Source: Bacteroidota bacterium (GTDB lineage: Bacteria; Bacteroidota; Bacteroidia; Chitinophagales; Chitinophagaceae). Taken from it: DNA of 64,000 nucleotides. The notes beneath the pieces were generated by a model, which saw only the letters and a program-made list of their open reading frames with translations, ran no database searches and was not told where the DNA came from. Below are positions 8,628-18,890 of the stretch, piece after piece (the first letter of the stretch is position 1; each line of letters begins with the position of its first letter). The DNA is taken from NCBI GenBank assembly GCA_018268055.1, contig JAFDXF010000019.1:8580-72579 (forward strand), given 5' to 3'. A program made the translations under genes and the position numbers.

Positions 8628-9827
8628 ATGGCAAACTTCTCAACATACAACTTTAATGGCCAAAGAGCATTAATCAGAGTAGATTTTAATGTGCCCTTAA
8701 ATGATCAATTTGAAATAACAGATGATACTCGTATTCGTGCGGCTATTCCTACTATTAAAAAAGTTTTAGCCGATGGTGGCAAAGTTATTTTGATGAGCCA
8801 TTTAGGCCGCCCGAAGAATGGACCGGAAGAAAAATTTTCATTAAAACATTTAGTGCCTCATTTACACGAATTATTGGGTGGCGCAACAAATGTTTTATTT
8901 GCCAATGATTGTATTGGCGAGCAGGCGTACCTTACTGAAAGTATGATGCGCCCCGGAGAGGTTCTATTGTTAGAGAATCTGCGATTTTATAAAGAAGAAG
9001 AAAAAGGTGATGAAGCATTTGCAGAAAAACTTTCTAAGTTGGGAGATGTTTGGGTAAATGATGCTTTTGGTACTGCGCATCGGGCACATGCCTCTACAGC
9101 GGTTATTGCAAAATTTTTCCCTTCGGAGAAAAGAATGTTTGGATTGCTGATGAATGCGGAAGTAGCCAGTGCAGAAAAAGTGTTACATCATTCGGAAAAA
9201 CCATTTACGGCAATTATAGGTGGTGCTAAAGTGAGTGATAAAATATTGATCATTGAAAATTTATTAGACAGAGCTACTGATATTATCATCGGCGGGGGAA
9301 TGGCATACACTTTTATAAAAGCACAAGGCGGAAATATTGGTAATTCGCTTTGCGAAGAAGACCGCCTGCAAACGGCTTTAGATATTTTGAAAAAAGCCGA
9401 AGCAAAAGGTGTTACTATTCATCTGCCATCCGATTCTGTAATAGCGGATAAGTTTGCTGCGGATGCTCAAACATCTGTAGCTGCAAGTAATATTATTCCG
9501 GCAGGATGGATGGGGCTTGATATTGGCACTACAGCTTGTAATCAATTTACCAATGCCATTCTACGTTCAAAAACGATTTTATGGAATGGCCCGATGGGTG
9601 TTTTTGAAATGCCAAAGTTTCAGCACGGCACAAAAACAATTGCAGAAGCAGTAGCGGCTGCAACGCAGCAAGGAGCATTTTCTTTAGTGGGTGGTGGAGA
9701 TTCTGTAGCTGCAGTGAATCAGTTTGGGTTTGCAGATAAAGTAAGTTATGTATCTACCGGCGGCGGCGCAATGCTGGAATATTTTGAAGGAAAAATTTTG
9801 CCCGGCATTGCGGCAGTGAATGGATAG
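8628..9827 (+). CDS. pgk: Phosphoglycerate kinase
   Basis: [33 protein letters not shown] and STGGGA motifs. Confidence 0.98.
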   Translation: MANFSTYNFNGQRALIRVDFNVPLNDQFEITDDTRIRAAIPTIKKVLADGGKVILMSHLGRPKNGPEEKFSLKHLVPHLHELLGGATNVLFANDCIGEQAYLTESMMRPGEVLLLENLRFYKEEEKGDEAFAEKLSKLGDVWVNDAFGTAHRAHASTAVIAKFFPSEKRMFGLLMNAEVASAEKVLHHSEKPFTAIIGGAKVSDKILIIENLLDRATDIIIGGGMAYTFIKAQGGNIGNSLCEEDRLQTALDILKKAEAKGVTIHLPSDSVIADKFAADAQTSVAASNIIPAGWMGLDIGTTACNQFTNAILRSKTILWNGPMGVFEMPKFQHGTKTIAEAVAAATQQGAFSLVGGGDSVAAVNQFGFADKVSYVSTGGGAMLEYFEGKILPGIAAVNG

Positions 9828-9873
9828 ATGAAAATGATGAAACATATTTTTTTTATTCTTAAATACATCCTGA

Positions 9874-10782
9874 ATGGGAACAGCAAGAGAACAGCTGCTA
9901 CTATTGATAACAACGCCGATATATCTGATTGTCATTGGCCTTGAATTATTTGTAAGTAAACTGCATAAACAAAATACTTATACATTAAAAGACACAGCAC
10001 AAAATGTGTATTTAATGTTGGTGAATGGTAGTATCGACTTACTTTTCCGAGCTATTTATATTGGAATCGTTCTAACTTTTTTTTACAATCATCGCATTGT
10101 TGAGCCAATTAAAAATCCTTGGCTTTATTGGCCTGTTTTGCTCGTGTTCGAAGATTTTATGTATTATTGGCTGCATAGAGTGGATCATGTTTGCAGATTA
10201 TTTTGGGCAACACATGTTACGCATCATTCATCACCTCAGTTCAATCTTACGGTTGGATTTCGTTCTTCTGTTTTAGAGCCACTTTATCGATTTGTATATT
10301 TTATTCCCATCGCATGGTTGGGTTTTCAACCGATTGATATTGCTTTCATTTATTCAGCTACGCAGATTTGGGGCATATTAGTGCATACAGAAAAAGTAAA
10401 GCACATTGGTTTTTTGGAACATTTTCTTGTGTCACCTTCACATCATCGTGTGCACCATGCTTCAAATCCTAAATATTTGGACAAGAATATGGGAATGTTT
10501 TTGATTGTATGGGACAAAATGTTTGGTACTTTTCAACCGGAACTATCTGCAGAACAATACCAACCCATTCGTTATGGACTTACCAAGCCATTGGAAAAAG
10601 AAGACCCGTTGAATATTATAGTACATGAATGGAAAAACATCGGGAAAGATCTGAGTCGAAAAGGGCTTAGACTACGCCAACGATTGAGTTATATTTTCGG
10701 ACCTCCTGGATGGAGCCACGATGGAAGCACGAAAACCAGCAATGAAATGCGTAAAATGGAAGCTGAAAACTTAAATAGTTAG
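9874..10782 (+). CDS. Sterol desaturase / fatty-acid hydroxylase superfamily membrane enzyme (start uncertain, see findings)
   Basis: His boxes WLHRVDH, HVTHHS and HHRVHH; DKNMG..LIVWDKMFGTF. Confidence 0.85.
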   Translation: MGTAREQLLLLITTPIYLIVIGLELFVSKLHKQNTYTLKDTAQNVYLMLVNGSIDLLFRAIYIGIVLTFFYNHRIVEPIKNPWLYWPVLLVFEDFMYYWLHRVDHVCRLFWATHVTHHSSPQFNLTVGFRSSVLEPLYRFVYFIPIAWLGFQPIDIAFIYSATQIWGILVHTEKVKHIGFLEHFLVSPSHHRVHHASNPKYLDKNMGMFLIVWDKMFGTFQPELSAEQYQPIRYGLTKPLEKEDPLNIIVHEWKNIGKDLSRKGLRLRQRLSYIFGPPGWSHDGSTKTSNEMRKMEAENLNS

Positions 10783-10874
10783 CACACATTTATCCACTTA
10801 TCATCTTCGCCTGTTTTTTCTTATGCTTACGCTGTACCTTTGCAACTTATTTTTAAATCTTTAAGTAGTTTGTT

Positions 10875-13754
10875 ATGAATATTTTTGAACAACAATCCAA
10901 TGAGTTTGTACAGCGTCATATCGGGCCAAATGAATCTGACACTCGCAAAATGCTGAAAAAAATTGGTAGCGACAATATTGATGCGCTAATTCATAATACT
11001 GTTCCTCCGGCTATTAGAATGGAGAAGCCTCTCGATATTCCTGCAGCAATGAGTGAATACGAATATCTGAAACACATTAAAGAAATCTCATTAAAGAATA
11101 AAGTTTACAAAAATTATATTGGACAAGGTTATTATGATACAATTACTCCTTCAGTAATTCTTAGAAATGTTTTCGAAAACCCCGGATGGTACACACAGTA
11201 CACTCCTTATCAGGCTGAAATTTCTCAAGGGCGTTTAGAAAGTTTATTGAACTTTCAAACAATGGTAAGTGATTTAACTGCATTGCCAATTGCCAATGCA
11301 TCACTATTAGATGAAGCTACTGCTGCTGCTGAAGCAATGGCAATGTTTTTTCATACATTGAACAAACAAGAACCTGCAGAGCGACCAAAATTTTTCGTTG
11401 ATAAAGAAATATTTCCACAAACAAAAGATGTATTACATACAAGGGCTACTCCGATCGGCATAGAACTAATTGAAGGGGATTATAAAACTGCTGCAATGGA
11501 CCAAACATATTTTGGAGCTATTGTACAATATCCAAACGATAAAGGCAGTATTGAAGAGTATAAAAATTTTATTGATCAAGTACATGCAGCCGGAGGTTTG
11601 GTAGTGATGGCTGCAGATTTATTGGCACTTACATTACTTACACCTCCGGGCGAGTTGGGTGCTGATGCTGCTGTTGGTGCTGCACAGCGTTTTGGAGTTC
11701 CGCTTGGTTATGGCGGACCACATGCAGCTTATATGTCATGCAAAGACGAATTTAAAAGAAGTATTCCCGGTCGTATAATCGGTGTTAGTGTAGATGCACA
11801 AGGAAACCGTGCGTTAAGAATGGCATTGCAAACAAGAGAGCAACATATTAAAAGAGAAAAAGCGACTTCAAATATTTGTACTGCCCAAGCTTTGTTGGCT
11901 AATATGGCTGCTATGTATGCAGTATGGCATGGCCCCGATGGATTAAAAAATATTGCTAAAAGAGTTGCTATTCTGACACAAACTGTTGCAACAGCAATTA
12001 AAGAAAGAGGTTTTGAACTGATAGCTGAAAACTTCTTTGATACAATCACTGTTAAAGTAAATAATCAGGAAGTCATTAGAGAAAAAGCAGAGCGTCAGCA
12101 AATCAATCTACGTTATATCGGTAATGGCTTAATCGGCATTTCATTGGATGAAACGACAGAGATAAGTGATTTGTACGATCTCATTAACTGTTTTGAAAAT
12201 GAAAAAAATCCTGTTGCTTTTGATATAAACCAAGATGCTTCATTACAACATTTGCCTGATTCATTATTACGTACATCGCATTATTTGACACATCCTGTTT
12301 TTAACACACATAAAAGTGAAAGTCAGATGATGCGTTATATCAAACAATTAGAGAATAAAGATCTTTCACTCAACACTTCAATGATCTCATTAGGCAGTTG
12401 CACAATGAAATTAAATGCCGCTACTGAAATGATGCCATTGAGTTGGCGTCAATGGGCAATGATGCATCCATTCGCACCTGCAGATCAGGTACAAGGCTAT
12501 AAATATATTATTGATGAATTAGGAAAATATCTTTGTGCCATTACTGCTTTTGATGCGTGCAGTATGCAACCTAATAGCGGAGCACAAGGCGAATATGCCG
12601 GATTGTTGACAATAAAATCTTATCACGAGGCCAATGGCGATCATCATAGAAATGTGATGTTGATTCCTATTTCTGCACATGGTACCAATCCTGCTTCGGC
12701 AGTGATGGCCGGAATGAAAGTAGTAGTAGTAAAGGCTTTGGAAAATGGATACATTGATGTTGAAGATTTAAAAGTAAAAGCTAATCAATATAAGGATACG
12801 CTTGCAGGTATTATGATTACCTATCCGAGTACTTATGGAATCTATGAAGAAACGGTAAGAGAGATAAACGACATCATACACCAACATGGTGGACAGGTAT
12901 ATATGGACGGTGCTAATATGAATGCACAAGTAGCATTGACTGCTCCCGGATTAATTGGTGCCGATGTTTGCCACTTGAATCTGCATAAAACTTTTGCCAT
13001 TCCGCACGGTGGCGGTGGCCCGGGTGTAGGCCCTATATGTGTGAAAGCACATTTAGCAAAACATCTTCCGGGATTTTCAGATAAAACTATCGGGCTCTTA
13101 GAAAATGGTGCAGTAAGTGCAGCACCTTATGGCAGTGCTTCTATTTTATTGATTAGTTATGGATACATTAGAATGTTGGGCGCAGCAGGATTGAAGCAAG
13201 CAACAGAATATGCCATTCTGAATGCAAACTATATGCGTGCAAGATTGCAAGGGGCTTATGATATACTCTACACCAATCACAGTGGACAATGTGCACACGA
13301 ATTTATTGTGGATTTAAGACCGTTTAAAAAATCAGCCGAGATAGAAGCAGAAGATGTGGCAAAGCGATTAATCGATTATGGTTTCCATGCACCTACGATG
13401 AGTTTCCCTGTACCGGGCACTATTATGATAGAACCGACAGAGAGTGAAGATAAAGCTGAATTAGATCGTTTTTGTGATGCTTTACTTTCTATTCGTGAAG
13501 AAATAAGAGCTATTGAGGAAGGGAAAGCGGATAAAAAAGATAATGCTTTAAAGAATGCGCCACATACACAATTTGTAATTACCGATGATGAATGGAAACA
13601 TCCTTATTCAAGAAAAGATGCAGCTTATCCATTGTTTTATGTAACACAAAATAAATTCTGGCCTTCTGTAGCAAGAGTCAATAATACGCACGGTGATAGA
13701 AATCTTATATGCACTTGTGAACCGACAGAAGCATATATGCAAGCAGAGGCATAA
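10875..13754 (+). CDS. gcvP: Glycine dehydrogenase (glycine cleavage P protein)
   Basis: YTPYQAEISQGRLE, TSNICTAQAL, LGSCTMKLN, HLNLHKTF (PLP Lys) and EPTESE motifs. Promoter element TACCTTTG at 10835-10842. Confidence 0.98.
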   Translation: MNIFEQQSNEFVQRHIGPNESDTRKMLKKIGSDNIDALIHNTVPPAIRMEKPLDIPAAMSEYEYLKHIKEISLKNKVYKNYIGQGYYDTITPSVILRNVFENPGWYTQYTPYQAEISQGRLESLLNFQTMVSDLTALPIANASLLDEATAAAEAMAMFFHTLNKQEPAERPKFFVDKEIFPQTKDVLHTRATPIGIELIEGDYKTAAMDQTYFGAIVQYPNDKGSIEEYKNFIDQVHAAGGLVVMAADLLALTLLTPPGELGADAAVGAAQRFGVPLGYGGPHAAYMSCKDEFKRSIPGRIIGVSVDAQGNRALRMALQTREQHIKREKATSNICTAQALLANMAAMYAVWHGPDGLKNIAKRVAILTQTVATAIKERGFELIAENFFDTITVKVNNQEVIREKAERQQINLRYIGNGLIGISLDETTEISDLYDLINCFENEKNPVAFDINQDASLQHLPDSLLRTSHYLTHPVFNTHKSESQMMRYIKQLENKDLSLNTSMISLGSCTMKLNAATEMMPLSWRQWAMMHPFAPADQVQGYKYIIDELGKYLCAITAFDACSMQPNSGAQGEYAGLLTIKSYHEANGDHHRNVMLIPISAHGTNPASAVMAGMKVVVVKALENGYIDVEDLKVKANQYKDTLAGIMITYPSTYGIYEETVREINDIIHQHGGQVYMDGANMNAQVALTAPGLIGADVCHLNLHKTFAIPHGGGGPGVGPICVKAHLAKHLPGFSDKTIGLLENGAVSAAPYGSASILLISYGYIRMLGAAGLKQATEYAILNANYMRARLQGAYDILYTNHSGQCAHEFIVDLRPFKKSAEIEAEDVAKRLIDYGFHAPTMSFPVPGTIMIEPTESEDKAELDRFCDALLSIREEIRAIEEGKADKKDNALKNAPHTQFVITDDEWKHPYSRKDAAYPLFYVTQNKFWPSVARVNNTHGDRNLICTCEPTEAYMQAEA

Positions 13755-13763
13755 AGCCTCTGC
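13743..13763. terminator. GC-rich hairpin with the gcvP stop codon in its loop, between convergent genes
   Basis: GCAGAGGC-ATAAA-GCCTCTGC; no clear U tract on either strand. Confidence 0.4.
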
Positions 13764-13799
13764 TGTGATTAAGAATTATATTATATCTGAAAGTGAGTT

Positions 13800-14324
13800 T
13801 TATTTTTTCACGTTCACTGTAACCACTGCTGATAATGGCACACCATAAGAACGGTGAAGTGCATCACCCATTTGCAACACTAATTTATGTTTGCCAGGTG
13901 CAAGGTCTTTCAATTCATATTCTGTTTGACCTTTGCCAAAATGAACGTGTACAGAATCTTTAGGGATTACAATACCGGGTTCAATAAAATCAGGGCCATC
14001 TATCAACAGATGATGATGCCCTCTGCCGGCTGCAACAGGGCCACCTGCTGTATCAACGGTGATTTTTTCGGCGCCCATTTCTATTTTGAATGGCAATGTA
14101 ATTGTTTGGTCATTTTTCAAATTTTTGAAAAACACTTTAGCACCTTCGGGCACTGCAGGTAATGCAGGAACTTCAGGGCCTACCGAAGGCATTTTATGAT
14201 CCATTGTATCATGGCTGGTATTAGCTGTAGTGCTGTCTTTCTTTGCAGCTGCGTCATTACCGGAATTGTTGCAAGCGGCTAAAGCCACTAATGCCATCAT
14301 AGAAAGAATAATTCTAAATTTCAT
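13800..14324 (-). CDS. DUF4399-domain lipoprotein (His-rich)
   Basis: Lipobox LAAC; GHHHLLID, HVHFGKGQTE, PGKHKLVLQMGDALH motifs typical of DUF4399. Confidence 0.8.
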   Translation of the reverse strand: MKFRIILSMMALVALAACNNSGNDAAAKKDSTTANTSHDTMDHKMPSVGPEVPALPAVPEGAKVFFKNLKNDQTITLPFKIEMGAEKITVDTAGGPVAAGRGHHHLLIDGPDFIEPGIVIPKDSVHVHFGKGQTEYELKDLAPGKHKLVLQMGDALHRSYGVPLSAVVTVNVKK

Positions 14325-14426
14325 TTGCTGGTTTTTATTGTTTTAAAAATGGGTAATAAAACAAACGATAAAAATGATCAATGCAAAAATGTTCGGATGA
14401 TTTTTATTTTTGTTTATTACTGTTTG

Positions 14427-14446
14427 ATTTTGCAATTGCAAAATTA
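14427..14446. promoter_or_regulatory. 18-bp perfect palindrome overlapping the minus-strand -7 element (TAATTTTG, 14446-14439) of the DUF4399 gene
   Basis: ATTTTGCAATTGCAAAAT (14427-14444) is its own reverse complement. Confidence 0.5.
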
Positions 14447-14575
14447 GGTAGAATCAGAGCAGGGTAAAAAACTTTCCTGCTAACGGCATCTTTACTGTAA
14501 ATTTTTATGAAATATTTTTGCATTATTGCTTCCTATCTTTGATCATTCAAGAAACGTAACTGTTCTTGCTTGACT

Positions 14576-15217
14576 ATGCAATTCAAAAATTATTACGCCA
14601 TTTTAGGAGTAGATCCGACTGCTTCCATAGAAGAAATAAAAAAATCTTATAGAAAGTTGGCTTTACAGCATCATCCCGATATTAATAACGATGATGATGC
14701 CCATTCTTCTTTTGCGGCAATAAATGAAGCGTATGAAACCTTGACTGATCCATTAAAAAAGAAAAAATATCTGAATCAGCAAAACAATTTTTTCAATGGA
14801 CAAAAGAAAAAAATGGAATTAACTGTATTTGATATAGTAGAACAATCCATAAAAATTGAAAGGCAAGTCGTAAAGCAAGACGAGTTCAGGATGGATAAAT
14901 TGAAGTTGAAAAAACAAATACTTAGTCTTTTAACAGTCGAAAATATTCAAGTACTCATTCAGGATAATGATGAAAATGCAAAGAATACAATAATTCAATT
15001 AATCTTGAAAGCTGCAAAACCTTTACTAAAAGATGATGCCTTAGAAGTTGCATCAAAGCTTATGGAAATTGCAGGCCAAAATGTTTCAGCACAGTATCAG
15101 ATAAAAAAATTTAAAGAAAATGCAAGGAAGAAGCATTTTTGGGATCGCTTTTCAGTAGTTGCCATCCTAATAGTCACAATTCTTCTGTGTTTGCTTATCT
15201 ACCTTGCAAGCCAATAA
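14576..15217 (+). CDS. J-domain (DnaJ-like) protein with C-terminal membrane anchor
   Basis: NYYAILGV, IKKSYRKLALQHHPD and INEAYETLTD motifs; hydrophobic C-terminus. ATG 14576 preferred over TTG 14570; TATCTTTG at 14534-14541. Confidence 0.85.
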   Translation: MQFKNYYAILGVDPTASIEEIKKSYRKLALQHHPDINNDDDAHSSFAAINEAYETLTDPLKKKKYLNQQNNFFNGQKKKMELTVFDIVEQSIKIERQVVKQDEFRMDKLKLKKQILSLLTVENIQVLIQDNDENAKNTIIQLILKAAKPLLKDDALEVASKLMEIAGQNVSAQYQIKKFKENARKKHFWDRFSVVAILIVTILLCLLIYLASQ

Positions 15218-15231
15218 AGTATCTTTGCAAA

Positions 15232-17109
15232 ATGCACTATGTATCAGCAGAAGAAATCAGTAAAAGTTATGGTATTCAACCGCTTTTCTCCAATATCTCA
15301 TTCAATATAGAAGAAGGTGATAAAATTGCCTTGGTGGCAAGGAATGGAACCGGTAAATCAACTTTACTTCGTATTCTTTCCGGAAAAGAAACCCCCGACG
15401 AAGGAAAGGTTTGGATTAATAAAGATGTGGACGTTGTGTTGTTTGAACAAGATCCTGCCTTCGCAGAAGATAAAACTGTTTTAGAAAACATTTTCTTTCA
15501 CAATCATCCGATCATTAATGCCATCAAAGAGTATGAATCGATTAGCGAGTCGGGCGATGCTGCAAAGCTGAATGAAATCATAGTGAAAATGGATGAACTC
15601 GGTGCATGGGATTTTGATGCCAAAGTAAAACAGGTATTGGGAAAATTAAATATTCATCAACTGAATCAATCAGTAAATACATTGAGCGGAGGCCAAAGAA
15701 AAAGAGTGGCCCTTGCAAAGACATTGATTGATATCGGATTTGAACACAAGCATGTTTTATTGATAATGGATGAACCTACCAATCACTTGGATGTAGAAAT
15801 GGTAGAGTGGCTGGAACATTATTTAGATAAAGAAAATGTAACCTTGCTTTTAGTAACGCACGATCGCTATTTTCTGGATGAAGTGAGCAATGAAATTTGG
15901 GAACTCGATAATGGCATGCTCTATACTTATAAGGGAGACTATGCAAATTATTTAGAGAAGAAAGCGGCTCGAGTAGAAAGTGAAACTGCAAGTATTGACA
16001 AGGCAAGAAACCTATATCGGCGAGAATTGGAGTGGATGCGTAAACAGCCTAAGGCACGAACAACAAAAAGCAAAAACCGTCAGGATAATTTTTATGAAGT
16101 AGAAAAAAAAGCCAAACAGAAAATGGCTGACGAGCAATTACAACTGCAGATGAAGATGAACCGATTAGGAGGTAAAGTAGTTGAGTTAAAAAAAGTGTAT
16201 AAAAATTATGGAGATAAGGTAATTTTAAAAGGCTTTGATTACACTTTTAAGAAAGGAGAGCGCATCGGAGTTGTAGGAAAAAATGGAGTAGGGAAGTCCA
16301 CATTCATCAATATATTGCAAGGAACAGAAACCGCTGACAGTGGAAAAATAAATATTGGCGAGACTGTCATTTTTGGAAATTATTCGCAGCAGGGGCTTGT
16401 GCTGAAAGAAGATATGCGTGTGATAGAGTTTGTGAAATCAATAGCGGAAAATTTTCCACTTGCTTCAGGTGGGACATTAAGTGCTGCACAATTTTTACAA
16501 CTTTTTCTATTTGATGATGATAAACAATATACTTACATCAGTATGTTGAGTGGTGGCGAAAAAAGAAGATTGCATTTACTCTCTATCCTTTTTAGAAACC
16601 CCAATTTTTTAATATTGGATGAGCCTACCAATGATTTGGATTTGCCAACATTAGGCGTGTTAGAAAATTTTCTTTCAGAATTTCCGGGGTGTATCATTAT
16701 TGTGTCGCACGATCGCTACTTTATGGACAGGTTGGTAGATCACCTCTTTGTGTTTGAAGGAGCAGGGGTTGTACGTGACTTTCCGGGCAATTATTCTCAA
16801 TACAGGGAGTTTGAAAAAAAGAATACAGTAGCAATAGAAAAACAAGAAAAAGTTCAAGAGAAAAAAGAAGTGCAGAGTACTGAATCAAACAAGCGGCAGT
16901 TTACCTATAAAGAAAAAAGAGAGTTTGAACAATTAGAAAATGAAATTACTGCACTCACAAAAGAGAAAGCAGAAATTACCGGTAAGCTAAATAGCGGAGC
17001 AGCGCCTTTCGAAGAATTGCAAAAACTTTCTGTACGTATTGGCGAAGTAAGTAATTTATTGGATGAAAAAGAATTGCGTTGGTTAGAACTGAGTGAAATA
17101 AATCAATAA
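15232..17109 (+). CDS. ABC-F family ATP-binding protein (Uup-like)
   Basis: Two ABC domains (ARNGTGKST/LSGGQ/DEPTNHLD; GKNGVGKST/LSGGE/DEPTND), no TM segments, C-terminal coiled coil ending RWLELSE. Start moved to ATG 15232. Confidence 0.92.
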   Translation: MHYVSAEEISKSYGIQPLFSNISFNIEEGDKIALVARNGTGKSTLLRILSGKETPDEGKVWINKDVDVVLFEQDPAFAEDKTVLENIFFHNHPIINAIKEYESISESGDAAKLNEIIVKMDELGAWDFDAKVKQVLGKLNIHQLNQSVNTLSGGQRKRVALAKTLIDIGFEHKHVLLIMDEPTNHLDVEMVEWLEHYLDKENVTLLLVTHDRYFLDEVSNEIWELDNGMLYTYKGDYANYLEKKAARVESETASIDKARNLYRRELEWMRKQPKARTTKSKNRQDNFYEVEKKAKQKMADEQLQLQMKMNRLGGKVVELKKVYKNYGDKVILKGFDYTFKKGERIGVVGKNGVGKSTFINILQGTETADSGKINIGETVIFGNYSQQGLVLKEDMRVIEFVKSIAENFPLASGGTLSAAQFLQLFLFDDDKQYTYISMLSGGEKRRLHLLSILFRNPNFLILDEPTNDLDLPTLGVLENFLSEFPGCIIIVSHDRYFMDRLVDHLFVFEGAGVVRDFPGNYSQYREFEKKNTVAIEKQEKVQEKKEVQSTESNKRQFTYKEKREFEQLENEITALTKEKAEITGKLNSGAAPFEELQKLSVRIGEVSNLLDEKELRWLELSEINQ

Positions 17110-17131
17110 TTTTACATCAAACCTTATCGTT

Positions 17132-17893
17132 ATGAGATGCAATGCCGCTGTATTGCTGGGCATTCTTTGTTTTTGTTTTAAAGCAGATGCGCAGATTGTA
17201 AATGTAGAAAATGCTCGGATGCAATCAGATACTGTTGGATGGTTAGGGAGCGCAGGTGCTTCTCTCAGTGTCATTAAAAATACCACACAAATATTTTCTA
17301 TTGGAACGGAGGCACATGTTCAATACAAAACAAAAAACAACCAAAGTATTTGGCTGCTTTTAGGTGATTTCAATTTTCTTAAAGCACAAAATAAACGGTT
17401 TGTTTCTGATGATTTATTTCACCTTCGCTACAATAAAAAAATTTCTAAGAGAATTCGTTGGGAAGCGTTTACACAATATCAAAATAACAATATCATGAAT
17501 GTGGCCTCCCGTTTCTTAGTAGGAACTGGCCCGCGATTTAAGTTGGTGGAATTGTCTTCTTTTAAATTTTATGCGGCAACTTTATTGATGCTTGAGAGAG
17601 AAAATGAAATTGCAACTTCTGAAACACTGCATCAAGATTTACGCAATAGTAGCTACTTTTCTTTTACTTGGTTTCCCAAAGATTATATTACAATGATCGG
17701 TACTACTTATATTCAACCGAAGTTGGATAAGATTTCGGATTATAGAATTTTAAATCAATTGTTATTAAAAATAAAAGCTACTAAACGTTTTTCATTGAGT
17801 TTGAAATGGAATTATCTCTTTGATAGCTTCCCTGCCGGAACAGCGCCTAACACTTCTTATAATTTTACTACCGGTTTCTTGGTTGATATGTAA
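17132..17893 (+). CDS. DUF481-family outer-membrane beta-barrel protein
   Basis: Signal peptide ...ADA|QIVNVE; FLVGTGPRF; alternating beta-strand pattern. Confidence 0.75.
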   Translation: MRCNAAVLLGILCFCFKADAQIVNVENARMQSDTVGWLGSAGASLSVIKNTTQIFSIGTEAHVQYKTKNNQSIWLLLGDFNFLKAQNKRFVSDDLFHLRYNKKISKRIRWEAFTQYQNNNIMNVASRFLVGTGPRFKLVELSSFKFYAATLLMLERENEIATSETLHQDLRNSSYFSFTWFPKDYITMIGTTYIQPKLDKISDYRILNQLLLKIKATKRFSLSLKWNYLFDSFPAGTAPNTSYNFTTGFLVDM

Positions 17894-17894
17894 A

Positions 17895-18848
17895 CTATTC
17901 TATAAATTTTGTATAGGCTCTGTTGAAATAATATTTATAATTTTTCGAATTAAAACGGGTGCCGCAAAAAATAGCATGGATAAAACCATTCAATTCTACT
18001 TGCTGTGTATGGTAGATACCTTGATTTAGATTCGGTTTAAAGAAAAATTGTATTCTAATATCTTTTGATTTTACCATTTCTATACTATCACTCTTTGAAT
18101 AGTGGAACTTGAAATCATTTTGTAAATGCTTTAAGAGTAGATGACTCCGATGCCATGTGCCGCCAGTTGCAGAAACGACTGGTTTGCCATTGTATAATGC
18201 AATACTGTCATTATAAGCAAATACATTTAGTGCGTTATGTCTTGAATACTTTAGCCATTTTAGAATTTTAGGGTAATAAGAGCTATCATACCCATAATCG
18301 CTATCCAAAAAACTTATTCGCCTTATATATTGGGGAATTTTTTGAACATTGGCCAGATATCCAAAAATAAAACTTCCACCTCCGCTATGCCCGTTTAAAT
18401 AAATTACTTTATGTTTTGCATGGATTGATTGAAATAATGAGTCAACAATTTTTGTGATTAGAAAAATCGAATCTTTATGCTTTTGTTTCCATAATGGCCA
18501 ACTTTTAAAAGTGTTTTCCAAATAATAAACAATATAATTTTTTCCTGAATCTTGATTTCTAATAAAATTTGTTTGTGCCCGAATATGTTGAATATCAAAA
18601 TGCCAATCATCGCCTTCTTGCATTTTCTTTCCCATAGTCTGTGCTGTAGTATTCCCATTCGGTAATGCATAGAAAATGATTATTGTTTTCTTTTTCTTGT
18701 TTAGTGCTTCTGGTTTATCAATAGTTATTTTAATGTCATTATAAATTCTAAAAGAATCAATTGTTGATTGTGCTGCAAGGATGTCAGGCGAAAGAATACA
18801 AACGCATAAGTTAAGGAAATGTAATATACAGGGTAAAAGACTTTTCAC
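17895..18848 (-). CDS. Secreted hypothetical protein with alpha/beta-hydrolase-like GHSGG motif
   Basis: N-terminal signal-like segment; YLNGHSGGGSF nucleophile elbow; FLDSDY; no family recognised with certainty. Confidence 0.7.
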   Translation of the reverse strand: MKSLLPCILHFLNLCVCILSPDILAAQSTIDSFRIYNDIKITIDKPEALNKKKKTIIIFYALPNGNTTAQTMGKKMQEGDDWHFDIQHIRAQTNFIRNQDSGKNYIVYYLENTFKSWPLWKQKHKDSIFLITKIVDSLFQSIHAKHKVIYLNGHSGGGSFIFGYLANVQKIPQYIRRISFLDSDYGYDSSYYPKILKWLKYSRHNALNVFAYNDSIALYNGKPVVSATGGTWHRSHLLLKHLQNDFKFHYSKSDSIEMVKSKDIRIQFFFKPNLNQGIYHTQQVELNGFIHAIFCGTRFNSKNYKYYFNRAYTKFIE

Positions 18849-18890
18849 TTCTTGAAAGTGTATGGTTTATAAAAAATGAAAATGATTAAC

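Noticed and set aside
10783-10874. Glycine riboswitch upstream of gcvP
   Set aside because: Only 92 bp with a promoter element and no GGAGA/CAGGC aptamer motifs.
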